DNA of 64,000 bases from Patescibacteria group bacterium (GCA_038065315.1 JBBTRF010000001.1:392425-456424), one strand, 5' to 3'. Positions 48,137 to 56,587 are shown, numbered from the stretch's first letter. Notes: a model not told the origin generated them from the sequence alone. A program made the numbers and translations.

Positions 48137-49509
48137 ACTTCTTTTACTGGAAAAATTCCTTCGATTGTCCCCTGGCAAAATAATTCCGAATTTTTCTTAT
48201 CGGAAATGTACTTCTGCTCCTTCGGTGACAAATTTTCGATGATTGTCTTGTAATTATAAATATTACATCTATTTGCACCCTCTACCACAACGTCTCCGGC
48301 AATAGAAGCCGCGTCCTTTATATAGAATATCTCCTCGGTAGAAAAACCATCCAAAAAATAAGGGGAGTGTGTTGTTATGAAGATTTGAACCCTTCTCGAC
48401 AATGCTCTTAAAACCTCAATAAACTCTATGAGAATAGTCGGATGAACGATCGAATCAGTCTCGTCCAGGAGAAGGACGTGAGGTAATTGATAGCTCCTTT
48501 CCAAGGATCTCAGATTAATCCAGTTAAGTAAGGTAATAAAAAACACCAAAACGGATGTTCCGTTGGAGATTGTCCATATACCATCAGGACCGTTTGGCGA
48601 CGAGACAGACAAAGACCCCTTTGAATTAATCGACACTCCTCGAACTATTCCCTTGGTGTAAAGGTTCAGATCATTAGCAAATTTTTCTTTTATTATTTTA
48701 TTTTTTTCTATATCGCTTATCAAGAAAATAAACTCAGAGTTTTCAAGGCTGGTTTTGTTAGAAGGAACACCTCCATCCTTGAGTCGTCTCAAAGCTTCCT
48801 GATAAATCTGCTCATTCCCTTTGTCCGTTACATATTTATGAAGTGACAAAGCGGTCGTTATGTTACCCATATCGACACTAAGAAACTTCGGTCTAAACTG
48901 GGAAACAACGCTGTTTTGTAAATGTTCAAATATGGCAAAATAATTGTCGCCCTGCGGGTTTTTTATCGGATTCGACTGGATGATATTAGTATCACCTATG
49001 TTTTCTGTCTTCGAAAAATTCTTTTCGTAAACAAGGGTATCCTTCATCGTTACTGCACCTTTTTCAAAAAGAGAGTTATCTTTTGCAAAGGCTGACCATT
49101 TTATCTCACGATCCCTATTTACGTATTGCTTACCAGTAAAAAAGAGTTTGTGTAAGGTCGAGAAGCTATTTTTATCTAAAACTTTTTCGAATATCATCGC
49201 CTCGGTCTCGACACAAAAAAAATCAGTCTGTTCGTCCACCTGATTTCCGCCAACAAAACAAGTTCTTGCACTCTTATTCTCTATTGAGGTCTTCAACGAA
49301 GTAGTTCGAAGCCCTTGACCGATAGTAACATTATTGCCGCCAAACTCTTGAGTGTAGTCAGTTTTAATTTTCAGTGCAGAACTAATTGCCAACAGAAAAT
49401 TGGATTTACCACTTGAATTTCTGCCCGTAAAAACATTAAGATCGCCGAAGGAGATATCGGCCTTACTAATATTCCTAAAGTTCTTAATCTCAATATTTCT
49501 AATTTTCAT
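48133..49509 (-). CDS. AAA family ATPase (AAA_15/AAA_21, OLD/ABC-like) of a two-gene defense-type module
   Basis: 458 aa; Walker A VFTGRNSSGKSNFLLAI at N-terminus, Walker B/D-loop LLLDETDSIVHP and H-loop ITTHSPYF at C-terminus, long coiled middle. Confidence 0.75.
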   Translation of the reverse strand: MKIRNIEIKNFRNISKADISFGDLNVFTGRNSSGKSNFLLAISSALKIKTDYTQEFGGNNVTIGQGLRTTSLKTSIENKSARTCFVGGNQVDEQTDFFCVETEAMIFEKVLDKNSFSTLHKLFFTGKQYVNRDREIKWSAFAKDNSLFEKGAVTMKDTLVYEKNFSKTENIGDTNIIQSNPIKNPQGDNYFAIFEHLQNSVVSQFRPKFLSVDMGNITTALSLHKYVTDKGNEQIYQEALRRLKDGGVPSNKTSLENSEFIFLISDIEKNKIIKEKFANDLNLYTKGIVRGVSINSKGSLSVSSPNGPDGIWTISNGTSVLVFFITLLNWINLRSLERSYQLPHVLLLDETDSIVHPTILIEFIEVLRALSRRVQIFITTHSPYFLDGFSTEEIFYIKDAASIAGDVVVEGANRCNIYNYKTIIENLSPKEQKYISDKKNSELFCQGTIEGIFPVKEV

Positions 49510-49808
49510 GACGATAAGTCTATCACAAAATGAGGCGAAATGCGATAATATTTAGTATTTCAAACCCTAAATTTACGGAAATAGCCTTATTTATCAACGA
49601 ATATCAATTCTGAAATACTCCCACAGAGGTATTTCGAGTGGGTCACTATTCAAACAAAGGATGCAATACGTCACTTGTGTCCCCTCTCCGACTATAAGAT
49701 CAAGCATTCTCAAGGGCATTTTGCAGTGTTAGGCTTGAATTGTAATAGCTCCAAAACCGAGAAAGGTAGGATTTTACTCGGTTCAATGTCTTTCGTGACA
49801 TCTCCACA

Positions 49809-49851
49809 ACAAAAGAAAAATGCCAACACATTGTTGGCATTTTTCTTTTGT
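49809..49851. terminator. Bidirectional hairpin terminator (20-bp perfect stem, 3-nt loop) at island edge
   Basis: acaaaagaaaaatgccaaca-cat-tgttggcatttttcttttgt. Confidence 0.6.
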
Positions 49852-50066
49852 CTATCGGAAGAGATGGGAGGAATTGAAAGCCGGAGCGGATGTGAGGCCA
49901 GCAGGCCGAACCGCGAGGCGGGGTCGCAGAAATTTCCGAGCGTCGGCGAGGAAATTATCAGTGACCAATTCCTCATCGAACATTGACATAGCAGTTTAAT
50001 CATGCTAGCGTAATTTCAGCTCCAAAACGTTGGATCGCTTCCAACATCACACACATCAGTCAAACT

Positions 50067-50441
50067 ATGCAACTCACAACCGAACTCCTCACTCCGTTCA
50101 TCGGCGGCCAACTGGAAGTCCAGAACACTAACGAACGTTACATCTACCGTGGTGAAATCAAAAAACTAACGGTGGTGCACAACGAACTCGTCGTGGAATT
50201 CAACTGGATGGCCAAAGGCGAGGGCTTCCCGCCGATCCCAAAGAAATGGGTTCTCGACGAACAAAGAACCTACGCGCTCAGTCTCGACATCAGCTCGGTG
50301 AGTGACATCGGTCCGAGTGAAGGCGAAGTCGGCGGAGGCAGTCGCCTCTGCATTCAGTGCTCTATGATCGGCGAAACAGTAATTCTCTTCCCCGCCGACG
50401 GAAGCAAGCTCGAACGCACCCAGGTCGAAGGGCTGGTGTAA
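50067..50441 (+). CDS. Hypothetical protein
   Basis: 124-aa ORF with host-like GC; terminator-like hairpin plus T-tract at about 50466-50500. Confidence 0.4.
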   Translation: MQLTTELLTPFIGGQLEVQNTNERYIYRGEIKKLTVVHNELVVEFNWMAKGEGFPPIPKKWVLDEQRTYALSLDISSVSDIGPSEGEVGGGSRLCIQCSMIGETVILFPADGSKLERTQVEGLV

Positions 50442-50593
50442 CCAAAGCCCGAACGAAACAGTCTCCATGCCCCCGACCTCACCGTCGGCGGGTTTTTTAT
50501 TTTCCACATCAATTGACTCTCTCCCATTTAAAATGTACCTTGAATACAGCGGCTCGAAACGCGAGCCTCACCCTCCACAAAAAGCTCTTTCTT

Positions 50594-51040
50594 ATGCAAA
50601 TCACCTACTCCTTCATCGAAACATTCAGCGAGCTCCAGGAGGACGACACGGGGCAAATAGCCTCATTACTCTCCCAGCTCTCACCCCAAAGGCAATTTTC
50701 GCCGAGCCAGCTTCGTCGAGCCATGATGTTCGGCTCGCTTTGCGTCGCTCGCGACACAGACAGCTCGGGCAAGATCGTCGGCATGGCATTGCTTGTGTAT
50801 CGACACACCGCGCTGTATAGCTCTGGCACGATCGAAAGCGTGGTCGTCGACGATGCATATCGCGGACAAAAGATCGGAAAAGAATTGATGAATCATCTGA
50901 TCGAAAAAGCCCGACGCTATCCTGGCTCGTTGGCACATCTCGACCTCACCTCGAATCCAGCTCGCGTCGCGGCGAACGCTCTCTACAAAAAATTGGGCTT
51001 CACGCTCCGCGAGACAAACAGTTATCGGATGATCCTCTGA
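50594..51040 (+). CDS. GNAT family N-acetyltransferase
   Basis: Start at MQITYSF (internal to the track ORF); acetyl-CoA binding motif VVDDAYRGQKIGKELMNHL (Q/RxxGxG/A). Confidence 0.75.
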   Translation: MQITYSFIETFSELQEDDTGQIASLLSQLSPQRQFSPSQLRRAMMFGSLCVARDTDSSGKIVGMALLVYRHTALYSSGTIESVVVDDAYRGQKIGKELMNHLIEKARRYPGSLAHLDLTSNPARVAANALYKKLGFTLRETNSYRMIL

Positions 51041-51078
51041 AGACCGAACCTGGTTCAACCCCACAAGAAAGGCTACTC

Positions 51079-51261
51079 ATGCACCCAGAAGAGTGTCGAC
51101 CGTGTAAGGAAGGAAATCATGCCCATTGTGAAGGGGGAGATGGGGTCTCAGGCTGTTCGTGCATTTCGTGCCGAACAAGCAAGCATCTTCTGCTGGAAGC
51201 TGCGCGAGACCAAACCCTTCCCAGGCGACCCCATCGAAAACCCCGCCGGAAAAGGCGCTGA
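51079..51261 (+). CDS. Cys-rich micro-ORF (60 aa), doubtful
   Basis: CxxC...HxHC...CxC...C pattern then an Arg/Lys-rich tail; followed by a terminator; could be noise. Confidence 0.2.
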   Translation: MHPEECRPCKEGNHAHCEGGDGVSGCSCISCRTSKHLLLEAARDQTLPRRPHRKPRRKRR

Positions 51262-51278
51262 ATAAGCGCCGACGAACG

Positions 51279-51323
51279 GCAGCCCCACAACACATCGTGG
51301 CTGGCTGCTGTTTTTTATTTTCC
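51279..51323 (+). terminator. Rho-independent terminator (plus-strand genes)
   Basis: gcagcc...ggctgc stem followed by tgttttttatttt. Confidence 0.45.
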
Positions 51324-51341
51324 TTCTTTTGATCGCCCAAT

Positions 51342-51373
51342 AAAAAACCCGGCTCCCTGCAAAAGGAGCCGGG
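51342..51373 (-). terminator. Rho-independent terminator for the minus-strand Ubl operon
   Basis: cccggctcc-ctgcaaaa-ggagccggg with the A-run on the plus strand (T-run on the minus strand) 50 nt after the operon's last stop codon. Confidence 0.55.
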
Positions 51374-51424
51374 TCGCGTTTTCGAATCTGCATTCGTCTG
51401 CATCACGGAACTTGGGCGAACGAG

Positions 51425-51703
51425 TCAACCCTTCGTCCCGGACTGCTTGATGAACTGGAGCGTCTCGCCGGTCTTGAGGACGCGTTCGTCGTCCACCGTT
51501 TCATCGCCGATCACGGCGAGCATGGTTGGGGCGATATTGAGCACGTCGCTGAGGCGATTGCGCACATTCCCCACCGTCAGGGTCTCGCCATCGCCGAGGT
51601 TGATGCTCTGGCTGTTGGCACCGCACTGGATCTGCACCGCAGGGGCGCTCGGGATCACAGGTGGTTCTGCTGTTGCAGTTGCTGTTGTCGAGTCGTCTGT
51701 CAT
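51425..51703 (-). CDS. ThiS/MoaD-like beta-grasp (ubiquitin-like) protein
   Basis: About 92 aa from MTDDSTTA; C-terminal half ...GETLTVGNVRNRLSDVLNIAPTMLAVIGDETVDDERVLKTGETLQFIKQSGTKG parallels ThiS/MoaD (..G.TV..LL..L......VAV.N.E.V......L.DGDEV.I...V.GG) but ends SGTKG rather than GG; ATG overlaps E1 stop (ATGA). Confidence 0.55.
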   Translation of the reverse strand: MTDDSTTATATAEPPVIPSAPAVQIQCGANSQSINLGDGETLTVGNVRNRLSDVLNIAPTMLAVIGDETVDDERVLKTGETLQFIKQSGTKG

Positions 51704-52410
51704 GTTGCCTTTCTTTGGTTGCCCTCCGGCTTGCGCAGGAAGGCTTGGGTGTTGCCGGTTCTCACATCGAAGAACTGCTCGGAGTATACCAACTTTTGCT
51801 TTCCTGCCAAGACCGCGGAGACCATCCAAAATGCGGAGAGCATATGAACGGCCGCGGCCAGGTTGGTAAAGATCAGTTGAGGCACTCCGCTCGCAGCGAG
51901 CTCTTCGCAGCTCATTTCCGCCGGATTCCGATCCTGCGGCTGCGCGATCTCGGGGTGGAGATGCGTGATCGGCGGCGTCAGATCCTTTCCTCCGTTACGG
52001 AGATAGATCTGAACATTTCCGTCGGTCAGCTCATTTCCACCCGAGATCAGTGTGACCTCCTCCAATTCCCGACAGCGGTCGGACACCAGTTTGCGGGTGG
52101 CATGGTTATCCACCCCCAGGAACACGGTGTCGCCGTTGTTGATCATGAAGAAGATATTTTCTTCGGTCACGTATTCCGATTTTGCTTCGATAGCGAGGCC
52201 GGGGAAATCCCGCCTCATTCTCGCGGCCGTGACCTCTGCTTTGTTTCCGACATCCAAGAATTCTTGGCGGTCGGCGTTTCTGGCTTCGTAAGAGTCGCCG
52301 TCAATGACGACGACCTGGATGTTGCGGTCAGCGAGCGAATCGAGATACCGGCACAAGGGTGATATCAGGTTGCTACCAATACCGCCGAGTCCGATCACTT
52401 TCATGGTCAT
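51700..52410 (-). CDS. E1-like adenylyltransferase (ThiF/MoeB family, minimal)
   Basis: MTMKVIGLGGIGSNL (Rossmann GxGxxG) and VVIDGDSYEARNADRQ (D.D.V..SNLnRQ-like) motifs; about 236 aa; ATGA overlap with JAB gene stop. Confidence 0.75.
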   Translation of the reverse strand: MTMKVIGLGGIGSNLISPLCRYLDSLADRNIQVVVIDGDSYEARNADRQEFLDVGNKAEVTAARMRRDFPGLAIEAKSEYVTEENIFFMINNGDTVFLGVDNHATRKLVSDRCRELEEVTLISGGNELTDGNVQIYLRNGGKDLTPPITHLHPEIAQPQDRNPAEMSCEELAASGVPQLIFTNLAAAVHMLSAFWMVSAVLAGKQKLVYSEQFFDVRTGNTQAFLRKPEGNQRKAT

Positions 52411-53081
52411 AGGAATCCCTTTCTGTGTTTGACGAGGTCGAGCCACTCTTTGGGAACCTCCCAACTATCAATGTCCGGCCAAGCGATCCGATACAAACCT
52501 TCTCGTTCTGGGGTAACACCCTCGAACCAGCCGGTCTCTACGGGAAACCTGTTTCCATTGATCGCTAATTCCGCCGACAGAGAAAACTTTGGATACCGGT
52601 CCACGTTACCAAGGGTAATATGGACCCCATCCGCAGTGTCTTCGTCAGTGTGGTCAGTTTCAGAATGGAAGGCGTGAAGCCGGCCGTGCGAATGAATCGT
52701 TCCGATACAAAGCGCTCCAGGGAGCCGTCCGGAGGCGTCGTAGTCAGCCGTCACTAGGGTCACTTGTTGTTCAGGGACCGTGAGCTGGTAGCCTGTTTTT
52801 TCTCCGTGATGCAGGAGCAGACAAACCTCGCTTTCGGAGACATCGTAGACGGCTTTCGCCAGCTTTAGAGCTTTCGCAATGATCTCCCCAGGCAGCTTCG
52901 GCAAGAGTAATTTTGCTGAAGGGTATTGCACCCTGAGCGCGCACGCTTCGGCCACAGGCACCGTTGCATCTACCCACCCCATCTTCTTACTAACGAAGAG
53001 GCCATTTCTGGCCACGACGTAGTGGGTCGTCTCAGGCGCCGCTGCGGCACCTTTCACTTTCTTGAGATGGATCGGTATCAT
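52407..53081 (-). CDS. JAB/MPN (JAMM) metalloprotease, deubiquitinase-like
   Basis: Start MIPIHLKKVKG; JAMM motif HSHGRLHAFHSETD (H-x-H-x7-S-x2-D) with upstream Glu (ESEVCLLLHHGE); ATGA overlap with upstream gene stop. Confidence 0.75.
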   Translation of the reverse strand: MIPIHLKKVKGAAAAPETTHYVVARNGLFVSKKMGWVDATVPVAEACALRVQYPSAKLLLPKLPGEIIAKALKLAKAVYDVSESEVCLLLHHGEKTGYQLTVPEQQVTLVTADYDASGRLPGALCIGTIHSHGRLHAFHSETDHTDEDTADGVHITLGNVDRYPKFSLSAELAINGNRFPVETGWFEGVTPEREGLYRIAWPDIDSWEVPKEWLDLVKHRKGFL

Positions 53082-54568
53082 TTTGCCTCCTCTGGCTTGA
53101 GGGTTGCGACGAAAGCTTCGTGAGCGGCCGCTATCGACCTCTCCGCATCTGCTTTCATCGAAACCATTGTCTGTTGCACTGCCGCTTCGAGAGCTTTTTG
53201 CAAAGCCTCGTCCGATAACACTTCGTCGATCTGGTCGCCGAGCTGGGTTTTTGCAAAGCCGCACAATTCGCCGACAGCTCGCTTGAATTCCGTGGCAATC
53301 TGAGCCAGGAGTGCCGGTTCAACTTGCCAGGTAGGCACGAGCTTGAAGCAAGCTTCTTTCATCTCATTCTCGACCCTTGCTGCCAATTGAGCAACAGCGG
53401 TATCGAGCGCTGACATGACATCCTTGCCAGTCCGTTCCCTTCTCTGTCCAGCCGTATCAGCAGCGAAATCAGCGCTGATCTTTTTCAGCATGCTCGCGAC
53501 GGTTTGTTTGGCCGGAATCCAAGGGTAGGACAAGCCGAATAGTGAGTCCTTTCTCGAAGCGCCCGCCCAAGCATCGATACTAAGCTGACGATGTGCTTCC
53601 GTGACTAGCTCGGTTTCGATGAATCTGCCGCCCCAAAAACTGGCGATCGATTCTTCCGCCATCACGGCCAAGGATTCCTTAGCCGCCGACGGCGCGAAAC
53701 AGACCTTGAAGTCTCCAAATGTGTTCGGAAGAGCCGGACAGAACAGTTCGTCGTTCAGATCTCGCAATGGAGCCTTCCGAAACAGCACGTATGCCCCATC
53801 GGACTTGCGCCCGCGCAACACGATGAAGAACACGACGTAAGGCAAAGCCAACTGAAACATGTTTGACCGGTCTCCGCCTTGATACATAATCTTCAGTGTG
53901 CGTTTTTGTGGCGGCTGTTCGATGACGAATGTCGTCATCTTGCCTTTCCTAACGACGAAACGCGTGCCCGTAGGCAGCGCAAGCGAATTCACGCCATTAT
54001 CAGCTGAATCCGACGGATCGTCCTGGACAGCCTCTTGCCGAATTCGCAAGACGAGCTCGACAAGGTGCTTTTTTACGGCAACAGCAAAGATCTGCGATGC
54101 TTGCTTGCCGAGCTCCTCCAAGAGCTTCTGACGGAAACCATTCCGATCGGCTTTTACCATTCCGGAAAGGTGCTGCTCATCGAATTTCCGCATGAGTCTT
54201 TCTGCTTCCGTATTTACTTTAGCTTGTGCTTGGCCGATCGGTTTTTCGGCATCGGTTTTGAGTCCCCGGCCTGCTAATATGCAGACGTTTTTAGGGGCTT
54301 GTTTCAATTCGCGCCCGAATGCTTCAAGGGCCGTTCGAATAGGAGCCTTGATCGCATCGGAAAACGAGATCGAGCCGACTTGCCGGAATCCGAACACAGG
54401 CAAGATGCCCATGAAGCGGCCCGGCTTCACTTCTAGGACCAGCTTTTTCAGCATCGGCCCTTGTTTCTGATCTGCAGTGCACACAAGGAAACCCTCCTTC
54501 AGCGACTGCAGACCCTGGCCGAGCGACTGCTCAAACCAATTCCGAATCCGCGTGAGGATACTGAGCAT
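53078..54568 (-). CDS. Large uncharacterised protein with candidate E2 (UBC)-like core, first gene of the E2?-JAB-E1-Ubl operon
   Basis: 496 aa; region ...LALPYVVFFIVL...YVLFRKAPLRDLNDELFCPALPNTFGDFKVCFAPS has the E2 spacing (H/L)PN-x7-C with a central Gly (HPN-like LPN then Cys 8 residues later); helical N- and C-terminal extensions; no other domain recognised. Confidence 0.4.
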   Translation of the reverse strand: MLSILTRIRNWFEQSLGQGLQSLKEGFLVCTADQKQGPMLKKLVLEVKPGRFMGILPVFGFRQVGSISFSDAIKAPIRTALEAFGRELKQAPKNVCILAGRGLKTDAEKPIGQAQAKVNTEAERLMRKFDEQHLSGMVKADRNGFRQKLLEELGKQASQIFAVAVKKHLVELVLRIRQEAVQDDPSDSADNGVNSLALPTGTRFVVRKGKMTTFVIEQPPQKRTLKIMYQGGDRSNMFQLALPYVVFFIVLRGRKSDGAYVLFRKAPLRDLNDELFCPALPNTFGDFKVCFAPSAAKESLAVMAEESIASFWGGRFIETELVTEAHRQLSIDAWAGASRKDSLFGLSYPWIPAKQTVASMLKKISADFAADTAGQRRERTGKDVMSALDTAVAQLAARVENEMKEACFKLVPTWQVEPALLAQIATEFKRAVGELCGFAKTQLGDQIDEVLSDEALQKALEAAVQQTMVSMKADAERSIAAAHEAFVATLKPEEAK

Positions 54569-54597
54569 GGGATGTCCTTTCGATTTGAATTGTTAAA

Positions 54598-55749
54598 GTG
54601 CACACGATCAATGCAGGTGCACCGATCTATGACTCTGTATTACCATATTATTGGAGCATAAGTCAATGGTTGCGACTTGCCGATGTTCCCCATGCTATCA
54701 TTCTCCCCATGGACCCGCTCTACGTCCCCCCTCGCACCTTCGACACCCAAGGCTTCGCCTTCACTCTCAAATGGGGCGGCCTCCTTTTGATCACCATTCT
54801 CATCGGCCGCTCCACCTACGCGCATTTCTCGCCGAGCACCGATTCACGAAATGCTCGAAACGCGCAGACGGCCGAAGAAACCAAAAATATCCGCGACCGC
54901 CTCGCGAGTGGACGCGCCGGCAACACCTCCCGCACCCCCCTCTCCGTCATCGACTCCGCCGCTAAACCCAAGCTCGCCTGGCTCGAAAAGCCGACGATCA
55001 GGCTCAGCGCCAAAATCGCCCGTCCACAAAACATCTCCGCCACCGCCTTCCTCATCGCCGATGCCGACACCGGCCAAGTGCTGATCAGTCGCCAACCCGC
55101 CCTCTCCCTCCCCATCGCCTCGCTCACCAAGCTCGTGACCGCGCTCACTGCACATCGGTATGGTGCACCATCACCCGTGCAAGAGCTCTTCTATCCACTC
55201 CTCATGGAGTCGAGCAACGTCGCAGCCGACCAAATCGCTGGCGTCTACGACGGCCTCGGCAATGTTGGCTACTTTGTCTCGCAAATGAATCGCCAGGCCG
55301 CCCTCCTCGACATGACCCACACGTACTTCGCCGACCCTTCCGGCCTATCCGCAGAAAATCAATCCACCGCATACGACCTCCTGCTCCTCGCCAAAAGCAT
55401 CAAAGACCTCGCGCCAGACATTCTCGCCATCACCAAAACGCACGAGAAGACTGTGATGTTGGATAGCGAACGAAGCGACCCATACCGCAACCAAGCCGCC
55501 TCCGTCTATACCGCGATAGATGCCCCCACCTACCGCGACCTCCAAAACATCAACCTCTTCGCCAATGACCCACGCTTCCTCGGCGGCAAGACCGGCTTCA
55601 CCCCTGCGGCAGGCGAAACGCTCATTTCACTGTTCCAACTCCCTATCCAAAAAAGCTCCCGCAGCGTCGTCTTTATCCTCCTCGGCTCCGACAATCGCGA
55701 GAAGGACTTCGGCATCCTCATGAAATGGCTTGAATTGGCCACAAAGTAA
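54598..55749 (+). CDS. D-alanyl-D-alanine carboxypeptidase / serine-type PBP (peptidase S11-like); start uncertain
   Basis: SxxK (PIASLTKLVTA), SxN-like (MESSN) and KTG (GGKTGFT) motifs; N-terminal TM; may start at MDPLYVPP (54709). Confidence 0.7.
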   Translation: MHTINAGAPIYDSVLPYYWSISQWLRLADVPHAIILPMDPLYVPPRTFDTQGFAFTLKWGGLLLITILIGRSTYAHFSPSTDSRNARNAQTAEETKNIRDRLASGRAGNTSRTPLSVIDSAAKPKLAWLEKPTIRLSAKIARPQNISATAFLIADADTGQVLISRQPALSLPIASLTKLVTALTAHRYGAPSPVQELFYPLLMESSNVAADQIAGVYDGLGNVGYFVSQMNRQAALLDMTHTYFADPSGLSAENQSTAYDLLLLAKSIKDLAPDILAITKTHEKTVMLDSERSDPYRNQAASVYTAIDAPTYRDLQNINLFANDPRFLGGKTGFTPAAGETLISLFQLPIQKSSRSVVFILLGSDNREKDFGILMKWLELATK

Positions 55750-55782
55750 CGAAACGGCCCAAACATTGCACAAAAAGGCCTA

Positions 55783-56328
55783 TTGTGCTATAAATGCTGG
55801 GTTACTTCATACATCGTGAGCACCGTAAATCACAGGATAAATCATCAAATTCGAGTCGCGGAGCTTCGCGTCATCGGTCCTGTCGGGGAGAACTTCGGGG
55901 TCATTTCCCTCAAGGACGCCCTCGACAAAGCCCTGGCAGCGGGTCTTGATCTCATCGAAATCTCTCCGAACGCCGTCCCGCCGATCGCGAAGATCATGGA
56001 CTACGGAAAGTTTCAGTACGATCAGAACAAAAAGCTCAAGGCGGCCAAGGCGAAAGCCCACGTCATCGAAGTGAAGAATGTCCAAGTGAAGATCGGCACC
56101 GGCGAACACGATCTTGCATTGAAAGCGAAAAAGGCATCGGAATGGCTGAAGGAGGGACATCGAATCAAAATCGACCTCTTCCTCACCGGCCGCTCGAAGT
56201 ACATGGAGTTCAACTTCCTGAAAGAGCGACTCGAACGCATCCTCAAGCTCATCACCGAGGAGTACACGATCGCCGAAGCGCCGAAGAAGGCTCTGAAGGG
56301 CCTCACCGTTATCATCGAGAAGAAATAG
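55783..56328 (+). CDS. infC: Translation initiation factor IF-3 (true start probably a non-AUG codon downstream of 55783)
   Basis: INHQIRVAELRVIGPVGENFGVISLKDALDKALAAGLDLIEISPNAVPPIAKIMDYGKFQY... and C-terminal domain; classic infC-rpmI-rplT operon. Confidence 0.85.
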   Translation: MCYKCWVTSYIVSTVNHRINHQIRVAELRVIGPVGENFGVISLKDALDKALAAGLDLIEISPNAVPPIAKIMDYGKFQYDQNKKLKAAKAKAHVIEVKNVQVKIGTGEHDLALKAKKASEWLKEGHRIKIDLFLTGRSKYMEFNFLKERLERILKLITEEYTIAEAPKKALKGLTVIIEKK

Positions 56329-56386
56329 CAGACACGCCGAAATAAAAACAACGTAAACAATAACATCGAATTTTAATATCAATCCC

Positions 56387-56587
56387 ATGCGACCCAACAA
56401 GTCATACACCAAGCGCCTCAAAGTCACCAAGTCGGGCAAAGTGCTCGCTCGAGGCAAAGGCCACAACCACTTCAACGCCAAGGAGCGACGCCGCTCCCAG
56501 ATGAAGAAGAATCGCATGGGCGCCGTCATCATGACCAACAAGACCCGCGCGCGCTTCCTCGGAGGTAACGCCGCTCTCGGACGATAG
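56387..56587 (+). CDS. rpmI: 50S ribosomal protein L35
   Basis: 66-aa basic protein KRLKVTKSGKVLARGKGHNHFNAKERRR; operon position. Confidence 0.85.
   Translation: MRPNKSYTKRLKVTKSGKVLARGKGHNHFNAKERRRSQMKKNRMGAVIMTNKTRARFLGGNAALGR

Larger units (their letters stand above)
42169..49870. mobile_element. AT-rich genomic island inserted at the tmRNA 3' end (serine-recombinase type), possibly composite
   Basis: GC falls from about 58% to about 33-38% between 42.2 and 49.8 kb. The large serine recombinase gene overlaps the last ~40 nt of ssrA. Cargo is orphan ORFs plus a defense-like gene pair. The right end is marked by a 20-bp-stem hairpin at 49809-49851 and a return to host GC. Confidence 0.6.

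Noticed and set aside
48133-49509. Calling the ATPase plus HNH gene (46698..47471) a Septu (PtuA/PtuB) system
   Set aside because: The HNH gene is on the opposite strand and separated by the Toprim-like gene, whereas the ATPase is ATGA-coupled to the Toprim-like protein. The ATPase-Toprim pairing is the supported unit.
42169-49870. Interpreting the island as an intact prophage
   Set aside because: No capsid, terminase, portal or tail genes. Cargo is orphan or defense-like, so it is described as a genomic island.
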